DNA of 60,969 nt, filler included, from Sphacelaria rigidula (taxonomy: Eukaryota), in NCBI GenBank assembly GCA_964200075.2. It is 9 parts of 9 records of this genome, joined end to end, with 100 filler letters (N's around TTAATTAATTAA, not from the genome) between each part and the next. Parts side by side here need not be neighbours in the genome. Positions count along the whole stretch, not along the records: positions 47,500 to 54,184 come from CAXNAA020018640.1; positions 54,285 to 60,969 come from CAXNAA020018641.1; 7 more parts are not named here. The stretch is one strand, 5' to 3'. A program made the position numbers and the translations under genes. The notes below the pieces were generated by a model, which had not been told where the DNA came from, searched no databases, and worked only from the letters and a program-made list of their open reading frames with translations. Shown piece after piece: positions 49,596 to 60,969 of this stretch. The first letter of the stretch is position 1; each line of letters opens with the position of its first letter.

Positions 49596-50409
49596 CTCAA
49601 AACAACTCCCCAAGTTCGAGCTATAAACGTTAACGTATTATAATGATCGTGTTAATCAGATTACCTTGCAGTAACGACAGCTTTTTGCTGTGTACTCAAA
49701 CAAATTGCTGCCCTCTTGCAGTAACTGGGGAGATGACGATGTGTTGTAAGTCTTCGATATTTCTATCCACACGTAGGAAATTGGGTGACGAGAGGTGAGG
49801 AAGACGAGTGAGAGAGTAGGGCGTAGAGCACTACCCCGTCACGTCTGCCTCCGATCCGAAATCTACAGTCGGCGCACGATCCGCAACAGATATGCTCACA
49901 GTTCCCGAAATATAGTAACTCGGAATCATTGCCTTTGTTCAACAATAAGGAACGTTATCAGTAACTATTCAAAAGTACTCGAATACCCCGCAATTTGCCC
50001 GTTGATGCTTCTGGCTTCTGTTCGTGGATCAGCTACATTGAATATTTTCCAGAATCAAAACGGCGCGGAGTATGACCTTGCTGATATGCTGGCGCTGTCA
50101 ACAAACGAACGAAACGGCTACATTCGGAGCATACCATTCTCAAAAATCTATACCGATCTCCAAAATTCATTCGGCCTCTGCATTTCTCCTCTATTTATCA
50201 GCGTCGACTCTATCGTCGTGCTCTATGCCAGTTCATCTGCTCTCCCGTATTCACACGCCATTCTAGTACCCCCCTGCTCTCTTGCCTCTCTACACTCGAT
50301 CGCACCGGAATGCATCCGCACCCCCCTGCTTCATTCGCCCGGCACCGACGACGCCACGCGGAAGAAGGTGTTGCCGACAGAGATGGCGGTAGCGGCAGCG
50401 TCGGCTGTT

Positions 50410-50852
50410 AACAGCCGATCATCGAAATTGATGATGGAGCTTTTCATTGAGGATGACAACCCGGAAAGTTAAAATCCTCTCATCCACGCCAATTCTTCGG
50501 TATAATTCCCATTCCTCGATGTGCTGGTGGCTATCGACAAGTGCTACACGCCATACAAATTCGGATTCCGATTACCGATATTTGGAGATCCTAGGTGAAA
50601 ACAACAATTCTTGGGAATTCAGGTTCCGGCCGGATCACTTGAATTCCCAAAATTTCCTTTTTCACCTAGGACCCCCAAATTCCGTTAATCGGAACTTTGT
50701 TTTTTAATGGCGTGTAGTAGATGTCAATATCTAACAGCAGATGAGGGAATGAAACCATATCTCGAAGAATTGATGTGGATGCGAAGATCTCTATTTTCCG
50801 GGTTATCATCCTCGACGAAAAGCTGCATCCTCAATTTCGATGATCGGATGTT
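50410..50852. mobile_element. ~440-bp foldback element
   Basis: AACAGCCGATCATCGAAATTGA versus TCAATTTCGATGATCGGATGTT, with inner CTACACGCCAT / ATGGCGTGTAG. Confidence 0.85.
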
Positions 50853-50859
50853 TATTGTG

Positions 50860-52150
50860 CTGTTGGCGGATGTTGCTGACAGAGTCGGCGGCAATGGTAT
50901 CGGCCGCGGAATCGCCGACGGTGGTATTGATGAAGGCGACGGCGGCGCCGGCGCCGGCGGCGCCGGCTCGAATTTCGCCCGGTTCTTTGTTGGCAGCGGC
51001 GACGTTGTCGGCGGAGTGGACGGTGGAGGCAGCGGCTGCGGTGTTGTCGGCGCAGTAGGCAGTAACGGCAGCGGCTGGCGCTTTGTCGGCGTAGTACGCG
51101 GCAGCGGCTGTGGTTTTGTCAGCGTCATATGCGCGGCCAACACGGAATTTTACAAATTGGGGATGGTTTTCGGGGGGGGGGATGAGAATCCGGAGAATTC
51201 AAAACTTCGTGTCCACACCGAATCTTTGAAATATGGTTTCATTTCTTCTCTTTCTGGTAGCTTTTGACAACTATTACACGCCATACAAATTTGGATTCTG
51301 ATGGCTGAAATGTTGGTGTCCCAGGTGAAAATCCAATTTTCGGGTGCGATCGGATCACTTACATTCCCCAAACTTGGTTTTTCACCTACGATCCCAACAT
51401 TTCGGTTATCGAAGTCAAAATTTGTATTGCGTGTAGTCGTTGTCAACAACTACCAGTAAGTGAAGAAATGGAACCATATTTCGAAGATTTGGTGTGGATA
51501 CGAAGATTTTACGTCTCCGGGTTCTCATTCTCAATAAAAGTCCATCGCCAATTTGTAAAATCCCGTGTTGGCTGCGGTGTTGCTGGCGCAGTCGGTTGCT
51601 GTGGCAGCGGCTGACGTGTTTTCGGTGAAGTGGGCGACAGCGGCTGTGGTGGTTTCGGCGCAGTAGGCGATCAAGTGGTTGTCGACGGTGGCGTTGCCGG
51701 AGTTGCCGGCAACGGCATCAGATTCGGAGTTGCCGGTGACGATATCGATGGAGATAGCGGCAACGGTAGTGGCTGTGGCGCAACCGGCAGAATCGACGGT
51801 AGCGGCAGCGGCCACGAGAGCCTGGTACCATCGCATCTTTTGTTGCCGACGACGGTGGCGGTATCGGCACAGTCGGCGGTAGCGACAGCCGCAGCGGCAG
51901 CAGGGGCTCGGTCATCACCGCATCATGTGTTGACGGCGACGGCGGCGGTATCGGCAAAGTTGACGGTAGCGGCGGCGTCGGTGGCGACTCGCATTTTGCC
52001 GCGTGATTCCGCGGCTGTGAGGATGCCCGCGGGTGGGCGACGGCAATACCTTCATCCGCTCCCCTACCGGCGAGCGGCATCGTCGGCGGTTGCATTAGCT
52101 GCACACGCGGGCGAGTCGACGCGAAAGATGCACCGCTTGCCGAGGAGGCT
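50860..52150. repeat. GC-rich low-complexity (GGC/GCA/GTT) tracts flanking the second foldback
   Basis: Recurrent ggcagcggctg and gttgtcggcg. They give Gly/Ala/Pro-rich pseudo-ORFs in several frames. Confidence 0.7.
51136..51572. mobile_element. ~437-bp foldback element related to 50410-50852
   Basis: GCCAACACGGAATTTTACAAATTGG versus CCAATTTGTAAAATCCCGTGTTGGC. Shares ACACGCCATACAAATT and CGGATCACTT. Confidence 0.85.
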
Positions 52151-52384
52151 GGGTACTAGTACCTGCGGGGACAAGTAAAACACGTTTTTGTGAAGCGGAC
52201 TGGACACCAACTCCGTGGGGGGAGGTACAACACCCCCGGGGGAGATATACTGTAAGTCAACACTGGGCGGACAGTACAAAACAGAGGTCTCGACGCTGAG
52301 GCTGTGTCGACACTTTGAAACTCCGCAATCGGATAAGATTCAACCCCGTTCGTAGTGGAAGGAGACTACAGCAGCAGTAAAACA

Positions 52385-52612
52385 ATAAGCTCCTCTACTC
52401 GATGTGTGGGTGTCGAGCGAAGAACGAGGCACTACAGAGACAGACGAATCACCTCTACAACTCGGTTTGGGGGTAGCCTCGACAGGCTTAGAACGCAAAG
52501 AACAGGGCTCTACAGAGGCAGACAACTCAACTCTGCTACTCGATGTGGGAGTAGCTCCGACAGAGGGAGAACGCAAAGAGCGATGCTCTATAGAGGCAGA
52601 CGAATCCTCAAC
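52385..52612. repeat. 78-bp tandem repeat (~3 units)
   Basis: TAYAGAGRCAGAC at 52433, 52511 and 52589. Confidence 0.8.
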
Positions 52613-52779
52613 GACATTTTCTGAAGTAAGATTAGAAGTGGACTTGTCAGCACCACCCGCGCCCGCAGCCAAACTGACTGGCGGGGGGGATCATGGGATC
52701 ATGAATGTAGGCGCCTCAATACGGCGATGTATTTGGGAAAAGCGTTTGCGGGTGCCTGATTGCAATGAAGATCGCGAGT

Positions 52780-53130
52780 GCGATCAAAGCGTGGGTTGCC
52801 AAAATATATACATGTAACCCAGTCATATTTTGGGCTCTATCATGTTTCTTTTGCGTGCAGTGGGAAGCGAGTTATCTGGATACCTTCGTGTATGTATACA
52901 TCGATCAACTGGATACAAAAGAGCTGTGGAGGAAGCAGACAACACTGTAGACAATCGCATGTGGAATCTCAATTTCAGACTACCTACTGCCTTCACCGGG
53001 AATATGGTTCCGGCGCCTAAAATTATGTTTGAGAATCGTACAGTGGGGAGTCGTGAATCGAAAACATTTTGCATGCTACCGGTAATGTGGTGTGCAGCGC
53101 CCGTGTCCGCCATCCATTATTCTACTATAT
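52780..53130 (-). mobile_element. Copia protease remnant
   Basis: MADTGAAHHITGSMQNVFD..GAGTIFPVKAVGSLKLRF, then frameshifted LIDVYIHEGIQ (the l.dVlyvpgl motif). Confidence 0.8.
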
Positions 53131-53703
53131 ACCGTTACCCATAGCGAGAAGGGTCTGCTCATGTGATAACGCATATCCACGCAATTTAACACTACCAAGC
53201 CGAAACCTGGACTCACAATTCGACACAGAACGAACGCACCATGCAGAGCTGGATATGCTCCCAGGATAAAAGCATCAGTAGGCGGCGACGATGTAGCAGG
53301 GGGGGTTGTATGTTGATGGTGTTGCTGTTGAGGATCAAAACAATACGGTGGGTGGGGAGGGTAGGCTGGGGTTGGTTGAGGATGGAAAGGGTAGTTTGTG
53401 TTGAGGTGGGTATTGATAGTTTCTATATCAAGATGAGTAGTGGAGGCTCGGTGATGGGAGTTGGGTCTGTTGTTGGCATGCCGGCGACTGTTGAGATCGA
53501 TGTGTTGGAGACGATCCCTGAACGCAGTGGACGAAACCCGTCCCGTCAAAAGCATGAGCGTCGGTGGAGAGGGAGTCACTCCCGTTGGTGTAGCTTTCGT
53601 ATTGTTGCGTTGAGTTGACATGAGAGCGGGAGTGGCCAGAAAAAGACCACGAGAGGGGATTGTCTCCCCCGTGATGTGCCGTGGGTTAATCCCCCGCGGT
53701 GTA

Positions 53704-54034
53704 GACACTATCTACGATAACCCCACCCCCACAACCTGCTCCGTCTCGAAAAGGATATGTGGTCAATGGTTGAACGACTAAGGCAAGCAACAAATGAGTA
53801 CGCCCCCACAACCAGCCCAAACGTGTCACGAAAACAATGGACATACAGCGCCTGATGTTTGGGCTCAGGCTGCATGAAATGCCTCATATGTGCGATATTG
53901 GCGGTAAAGCACCCAAGCATGAAAATTTCCAGATGCTCACTGTGCTCGGCTTTTCCCACTTCGATTTACGTGGAGATTTTCTATCCCCAAACCAGGCACT
54001 TTGGGGGGGGTGGGGGGCTATCACAGAAGGTGTC
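53704..54034. mobile_element. GACAC-TIR MITE carrying a nested LINE mini-copy
   Basis: GACACTATCTACGATAACCCC ... GGGGCTATCACAGAAGGTGTC. Confidence 0.85.
53737..53802 (+). mobile_element. 66-bp LINE 3'-end insertion with 11-bp TSD CCCCCACAACC
   Basis: TSD at 53726-53736 and 53803-53813. The insert ends AAATGAGTACG with no poly(A). Confidence 0.92.
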
Positions 54035-54284
54035 TACAGGCTGGGCCAGCAAAGAGTGCCGCATTTGCTTCTCCAACCATAACTCGTCAAGTTTACCAAA
54101 TCAGCTCGACTTGAGCATATCGCTGTGAACTACAGACCAACCTGATAATGCAAGGCACCGCCGCTGATCGATTGGCGAAGTTTTNNNNNNNNNNNNNNNN
54201 NNNNNNNNNNNNNNNNNNNNNNNNNNNNTTAATTAATTAANNNNNNNNNNNNNNNNNNNNNNNNNNNNNNNNNNNNNNNNNNNN

Positions 54285-54326
54285 GGTCAATGGTCAAACC
54301 ACTAAGGCAAGCAAAAAATGAGTACG
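54285..54326 (+). mobile_element. LINE 3' end followed by a C-run, cut by the contig start
   Basis: GGTCAATGGTCAAACCACTAAGGCAAGCAAAAAATGAGTACG-CCCCCCCCCCCC. Confidence 0.85.
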
Positions 54327-54344
54327 CCCCCCCCCCCCTCCCAC

Positions 54345-57300
54345 CGCGCCCCCCAAGACCGCAACTTTTGCTGCCCCGGCCCCGGCTCCCGCTGCCGCCA
54401 CTGTTGCCGCCACTGACGCCGATAGTGGTACCCATACTGGCTTTGGGGCCCCTTGTGCACTCGCATCCGCATCAACCCCGCCTGCAACTACTGTCGCGCC
54501 GTCCAATCCTGCGCCTTCGTCGCAGCAGGACCGCCCACAGTTGGGTCCGGAGCACTGTCCACTCGAGCTCCTCCCGCGTATTTTCATAGACCATGGCCGC
54601 ACTGCCCAAGAACAACTCATCCATGAGTATGCTGCCCACGCGCCAGCCATGATGAATGACTTCGTCAACCGGCAACGCAATACAGATGCAGCGGCATCTA
54701 CACTTTCCACCGAGGAGTATCACGCTCCCCTTCGCGAACTACAGGAGGAGCGCTCACGCGCCTCTCACGCCGTAGCCGCTCCTCGCTCCCATCGCACGCC
54801 ATCCCCACCCCCCTAGTACGACCGCCCGCCCCGACATCAGTGCCGAACCGCGCCGCTTCTCCATCCACTGCGATGACACCCCTTGGTTCACGCTCTCTGT
54901 GCAGACTCTTTCGGCCAAGTACACCCTCTCGAATCCTTTGCAAAGCTGTCGCGACATTTGGCTAGCGCTCGCTCGACCGCTCCAAAGCGCAGTAGCTTCC
55001 CATCTAGACCATGACGGGGTCTGTCCTTCCGATGGTCCCCTTTCGATTACCATTGCCCAATTAGTCCACCACATCGAACAAACCACCACCTTTACGAACT
55101 GTCCATTGTCGAGCTCTTCGACTCATTGCGTGCCGCCTCCAAATCCGCCACAGCCCAAGTTGACGACGGCTGGATCTCGGTGACTCCTCGTCGCCGACGC
55201 CACAGACGTGATGTTGTCGACCATGAGCGCAATCGCAGCGGTGATTCTCGCAACCACCACGGAGGTTCAAGCTCCTCCTCTGGGAGGACCCAACCACACC
55301 GTGTGACCCGTCCCACCACCGGTTTGAACAAGACACACCAGAGTAGCGGCTCGTCGATCTCTTCTTCCACCAAGCCCAGGATTCGGTCTGCCACGAACTC
55401 GCCCGCGTCGACTTCTGCCGACCTAAGTCGCGCTACACCGCGTCTAGCAGATGTTTTGCGCCAGAGTTTAGGCCTTTCGGACGACAACTCGGATAAACCG
55501 GTATCTTTCACTTCGGCTCGCACTCTGGCTGCCGCTGCCGCCGAACGAGAGCAAGCCGCAGCTAGTGCAGCAGCAGCCGCCGATCGAGCGGAATCCACCC
55601 GCGCCCGCGCCATCCAGAGAGAATACATCCAATTGGACGTGAAAAAACCTTGGCATGTGAAACCCGTGCCTGTAGCAGACAACGACGACTCGGGACAATT
55701 CACTTCTGCTCTCATCACATCTATACGTCGTACTCGAAACATCCTTAGCAGACTCTACGGGTGCTCAACGTTTCGAAAATTCCAATTGGGTTGATGGATG
55801 GCAGGCCCCTCTTCACAAAGCTCTGCACCGCGCCATCAACCGTCGCTCGCCCGACTCTACCGCTGCTTTGACACAAGTCCTTGATGGTTTCATGGCCGCT
55901 ATGGATGCGGACCACGCCCAGGGAAGTCAGGCCCGGATTTACTCCGTGATCTGGAGCGCCGCTTGACCGGCTACTTCGATCGCAGCACTCAACGGAGTGC
56001 AATACAACGACTCAGTTCTTTTGGTGTCGCAACAGATGTCCCCTTCGCGGACTACCTCCGAGAATTCAAGCTTCTCGTTTCCAGTGCTATGGGAGTAGGT
56101 CGCCAGACGGACCCATCAGACGCAATGTGTCAATCATATGTGAGGAATAGTGTGCCTGAGCAGTTCCCGACACTAACGCCGTCGTTGTTTCCAGGTGTTT
56201 TAGCCCACCGCGAAGTGCCTCATCCCTCTGTAGATGCGATGTGGAGTGCGTTTGTTCATCAAGAAAATAATTTGACGCCAGCAATTCGCGGCGACAAGTA
56301 TGCTTCAGCTCATTCACAGTCTGCTTCTGCGCCTTCTTCGACCCTTTCAGGGTTCCGTAGCCGGTCTCACACTTCGCTTCGTTCCTCGTGGGTGCCTGCC
56401 TCAGTGGCCGACTCCGTCATGAGCGTTGCAAACAAAAGAGACCCGTTCCGGGCCAGTTCGGACGGATAGCCATACTCCGCCGAGACTTGAGATGATCTTT
56501 ACACTGTATCTACCTATGTGTACACACAGATGATCCACACTTGTCGAAATCCCTCCTCTCGTCTGCTGCTAGACATAAGGCCTCCAGCCGCCACGCAAGT
56601 AGTTGTATCAATAGTAACACCCAAGGGCACAGTATGCGCGGTTGTACTCGCCCTTGTATCAACTCTTTCGACCTCATAAATTCTGAGCTGCAGGACAATG
56701 AGCCAGCATGGCGCTGATGACAGAAGTGCATGCATGAATATCGCACACCCAACCGTAATTATCGCCGCCCTTCTAACAACCGCGACAACACTCGCTCGAA
56801 TCGCGACCGTTGCCCCAACAACTGCGACAACTCCGGCTCCCGGCGAAGAGAGAGTTTTTCTCAGCGTCACCAGAATTCCGCTAATAGACACCAGCGTGTG
56901 GGGCCGAATCACAATCACTCGAACCCCAACGCCAGAAAGCCTGGTTCCTTTATGACTGATCGTACCGATCCCTGACATGCCGACGCCGGCGTTTTTACGT
57001 CTTCGGCGCCGCCGACAGCACACACGAAGACTTTCTCGACACCAACCGCGGAACGAGTGACACAACTTTCTCGCTCAACCTCCCCGGCATCATGCCGGAG
57101 TACTAATGGCGGCCGCTCATATCGACCCCCGTCTTCATCTCTTCGCACACAGGGTAACAGTTGCATTGACTCACAACTTAGCTCTGCACTCGGCTCTGGA
57201 CTTGGTCCTTCAGAACTGAGCATAGGTCTGAGGTGTGGGAACACCAACCACTCGTCTCTGAGGCAATGGCTTCCCTCAGCGACCGCACGCACAGGCAGTA

Positions 57301-60300
57301 ATTCACTCGACTGGTTCAAGTGTCGCTGGTCTGAATTTGACCACTTCGGACCATGTAACACCCACCCAGGTCGAACGCGTTCATTCCTCGCGTTCATTGC
57401 ACCATGCAAAGCTACCCCTGAATGGTTCTCACATAAACCATCCTACTATACCTTCGGCAATGACCCCTCAGCCAAGCTTACCAGCAGACAGCCCAAAAGC
57501 TTCGCCCGAGCATGCCCCGATGCTGACACGATCCACTCAACTGGACGCAGTTGGGCTTTCCCCAAACACTTCGGAAGTTCCCCGCCTTTTGTCACGGCAA
57601 GAGAGGAAGCCCCGTGAACATGCCTCCACTAAAAGCGCGCATCAACACGTACACCTCCCTCGAGTGGAGAATCTCGACCTCACTCTCGCCACAGTGCGAC
57701 GAATTTGCGCCCGAGTAATCTATTAAGTGTCCCAGAAGAATCCAAATCAGATCTTTCGGATATTTCTACCTCTTTTGCGAAGTACACTGAACAGCATGGA
57801 TATATTTTAGACATTGATCCCTGCCTTCCCAACACCGTCATATATGAAATTGCTATTAACCAGCCGAGCTGTGCTCACTCTGGGGATCACACATCATCCA
57901 CCAAACTTTCTGGTGAGAAAGTTGACCCCCCGGCGGATCACCCGCCGGCCGTTTTCGCCGTCAGCACGACTGATTCCGATCAATTTACCTTGGCTGAACA
58001 TGGTCCGGATCTTATCAGCGGTAAAGTGTCTGTTGATCCTGCCACTTTTACTACTCGCATAGCGCTCCATTGTGAGCCATACGCAACCACGCCTGCCGAA
58101 TGTGTCTCTTTGTTAGATAGCTGCAGGCCACAAATGTTTATTTGTGAATCAATGTGGGAACATATGGAACAGATTGGCGCTGCTTCATCAGCTTGCGAAA
58201 TCACCACTCAACCTCGAGTATGGGGCGGTTTTGACTCCACCGCATCTTTGACCACACGAATATCAGTTCGTCTCAGTGTGCAATTCTTCCACAACACAAC
58301 TCGTTCTGCCAGCCTTGCAGTCTGGGCATACGTTGTCCCCGACAGCACCATGGCTCACGCCTTACTCATGGGCCAAGATAGTTACATGCGGTTTGATCAA
58401 CGCACCTACCGCACGCTACCACCCTTATCGCCACCGTCTGCGCCTCGTGGAGAACTCAACCTTGAACATTTCGGTACCCTTCACGGCGCCTTGGCCTACC
58501 AAAAAAATGGTCAGGCTACCGGAGCTGCTTACCACCTACGGTACGATGGTAGTGCTGGTGTTACCCTCTCCGATGATCCTCAACTGCTGGAAGTTGCCCG
58601 CGTTCGCCGAAATGGTATGCCTGCCCTTACGGGACATTACGTTGCCGAAATGCTCCCTCGGGTTGGTGCACCTGCCGGCACAGAGCACTTTGTCTCTGCA
58701 GGGAAACAAGTTTTACCCCTCTCGGGTCATGCTAACTTGGAGCCCGGTGATGTTTTGGGTATCGCTGCTGCTCCTTTTATGCACATTCCACTTGAGACAT
58801 GAGCCCCTGAACCCTCGACGCCCATTTCGGCGTCTCCGACAGACTGTTCTGTCAATTGCGTCGATGAGCCACGTATCCACACCGTGAACCCTGCACCGTC
58901 AACGTCCGACCCTCCTGCTAAAGTGCTCCCACGCCCATCACCAGAATCTCGGAAAAGTTGCTTGCACATGCGGAATCAACTTCCATCCCATTTACGCGAC
59001 ATCACTTTTGACCTACATGGACCCGGTTGGGAACCCGCTGTAATCAAATAATTGAGCAATGTTTTATTGGAGTACCAAGACCGATTTTCTCGATCCAAAA
59101 CGGATCTGGTTCATTGCAAAACGCTATCCTTTGAAATCACACTTTAACCTGGCGTTTCGCCAATATCTTCTCGACCGTATCGGACGAACCCCATCCTTAC
59201 CAAAAACGTTAATGCCATTTTAGACGCGTACTTCGGTGGCGGATTAATCCAACACTCCTCTTCTTCATGGGCCTCACCCCTAGTGGTAGTCCCTAAAAAG
59301 ATGGAGACATACGCATCACCGTGAATTATTAACAGATAAATCGCGTTACTGTGGTGGGGAAACTTCGCATTCCTCGCATAGATGAAATCTTCGACTCTCT
59401 AGGCGGCGGCAAAAATTTCAGTACCTTCGATCTCGCTTCTGGGTTTTTCCAGAATGCCATCCACCCTGACACAGTCCGATTGACAGCGTTCTGTACATCT
59501 TCTGGGCTCTACGAATGGCTCCGTACGCCACAAGGTGCCGCCACTGCACCAGGTTGTTTCCGACGTTTAATGCAGCGCGTTACAGAGAATCTCGAACATG
59601 TCATCATGTACTTCGACGACGCTATCGCATTCGATGCCTCCCCTCTTGCGCATGTGCGCACCTTACGAGAGTTTCTTTCTCCACCGCGGAAGCACGATTT
59701 GAAACTGTCTCCATCCAAAGCTCGTCTTGGCGCACTTTCACCGGCGGGTCTACAACCGGAAACCAAAAAGTCAGGGCAATGACTGACTTGCCGATGCCCA
59801 AGAACATTACTCAGCTCCGCTCATTATTGGGTGGACTGTCCTACTATCGCAAATTTCTGCCTAAGCTATCCAAACGGATTCACCCCATTACGGACTTGCT
59901 TACAAAAGGCGCCGCGCTTGTCTTCACCAAAGACATGGAAGCTATCCTTCGCGACTTGCTGAAAACGCTAACGGCAAAACCGGTCCTTTGTTTCCCAGAT
60001 TGGGATGCCGTACAAAACGGTTCTCGCCTCTTTCAACTACAAACAGACGCCAGCACCGACGGGTTCGGCGCGGTCCTGAATCAGCCTCAACTCAATGGCT
60101 CTATTCGATCCATCCTCTATATCAGTCGCGCCATCCTGCCCAACGAGGCCAACTGGAGTCCCCTGGAGCTGGAAGGCGGATCATCACTTGGGCCAGACAG
60201 CACTTTTGACAATATTTGTTCCATGTGCCTTTCCAAATCTACACGGATCACGGAGCACTTGAACAGCTCGCCAAAGCTGGTGAACATAATCCGCGTGTGC

Positions 60301-60750
60301 AACGCTGGTTGGAGTTCCTGACAGCTTGTCAGTATACTGTCAAACATCGCCCTGGCAAAAACAATGGGAATGCTGATCTTCTCTCCCGCCTGCCCCTTCC
60401 TCCCACGGCTGCAGATTTCACCCCAGCTCATCGGCTAGCTGAACCCGATGAACCAGGCGTGTACCCTATCCGGCCTTTAACAACGCCCATCTACGCCCTT
60501 GACCTTCATTGCCCAGAGACGGGTATGCACATGGGCGGCCCTCGCCCCCTACCGTATAATGCACCTTTGGATGGGCTAAAACCCACAGACGCCGATTTCG
60601 CGATTTCCGTACTATCGGTCCTCGCGCAAATATTTCAGTTTCGCCACCTCCAGTTGCCCACCTCATTTCCGACAGTACGCGCTCTCGGTCTGCCGCCCGC
60701 GCCAACTCTCTCCGCGTCCCGCCGCCACCGACAACACCTACTGAGAGAGG
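54345..60750 (+). mobile_element. gag-pol: Decayed Ty3/Gypsy retrotransposon: gag, protease, RT, RNase H (truncated before integrase)
   Basis: Gag FADYLREFKLLV and knuckle CINSNTQGHSMRGC (~56605). Protease SLLDSC..LLMGQD (57705-58802). RT WASPLVVVPKK, IPRIDEIFDSL, FDLASGFFQ, TAFCT, YFDD. RNase H LQTDASTDGFGAVL, YTDHGAL, RVQRWLEFL, HRPGKNNGNADLLSR. Confidence 0.96.
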
Positions 60751-60969
60751 ATTCTATAAAATGAGGTTCATTAATGAAATGAGGTTCGAGCCCAAAACAG
60801 TACTTTCTTCACACTTTCAGCGATGGTGCCCAATGACGTTTTAGTCTGCCTAATGGTCCTTGATCGTGTAGATACTCTTTCAGCGCATTTTACCGACTCT
60901 GTGAGCTTACAGCGCTGCCCGAAACTGCTTTTTTCCCTGATATCACCCCCCCCCCTAGAAAAAAGTAAA

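Noticed and set aside
50707..52178. Gly/Ala/Pro-rich ORFs (186, 139, 182 aa)
   Set aside because: They are open in several frames and both strands because of GC-rich low complexity, and they start or end inside foldback repeats.

Overview
This is not one locus. It is nine unrelated eukaryotic contigs of 6,685-6,686 bp, sorted by length and joined by eight identical 100-nt linkers (N44-TTAATTAATTAA-N44, stops in all six frames), so adjacency across a linker has no biological meaning. The DNA is about 50% GC, repeat-saturated and mostly intronic or intergenic. A stramenopile or brown-algal origin is my inference from the style of the repeats and is not proven. Supported content: two decayed Ty3/Gypsy elements, three Ty1/Copia remnants (one with a recognisable 5' LTR and an intact 430-aa gag), two LINE families, tRNA-derived SINEs, several MITE/foldback families, minisatellites, one convincing host exon (uDENN motif) and a PHD-finger ORF fragment. 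Most ORFs in the supplied track are spurious. The strongest leads are (1) a tail-less LINE with a 5-nt 3' UTR that always abuts C-runs and leaves ~66-70-nt structured mini-copies, and (2) strictly phased 42-43-bp and 29-bp arrays of palindromic motifs separated by variable spacers. I found no rRNA, bona fide tRNA or CRISPR-Cas.
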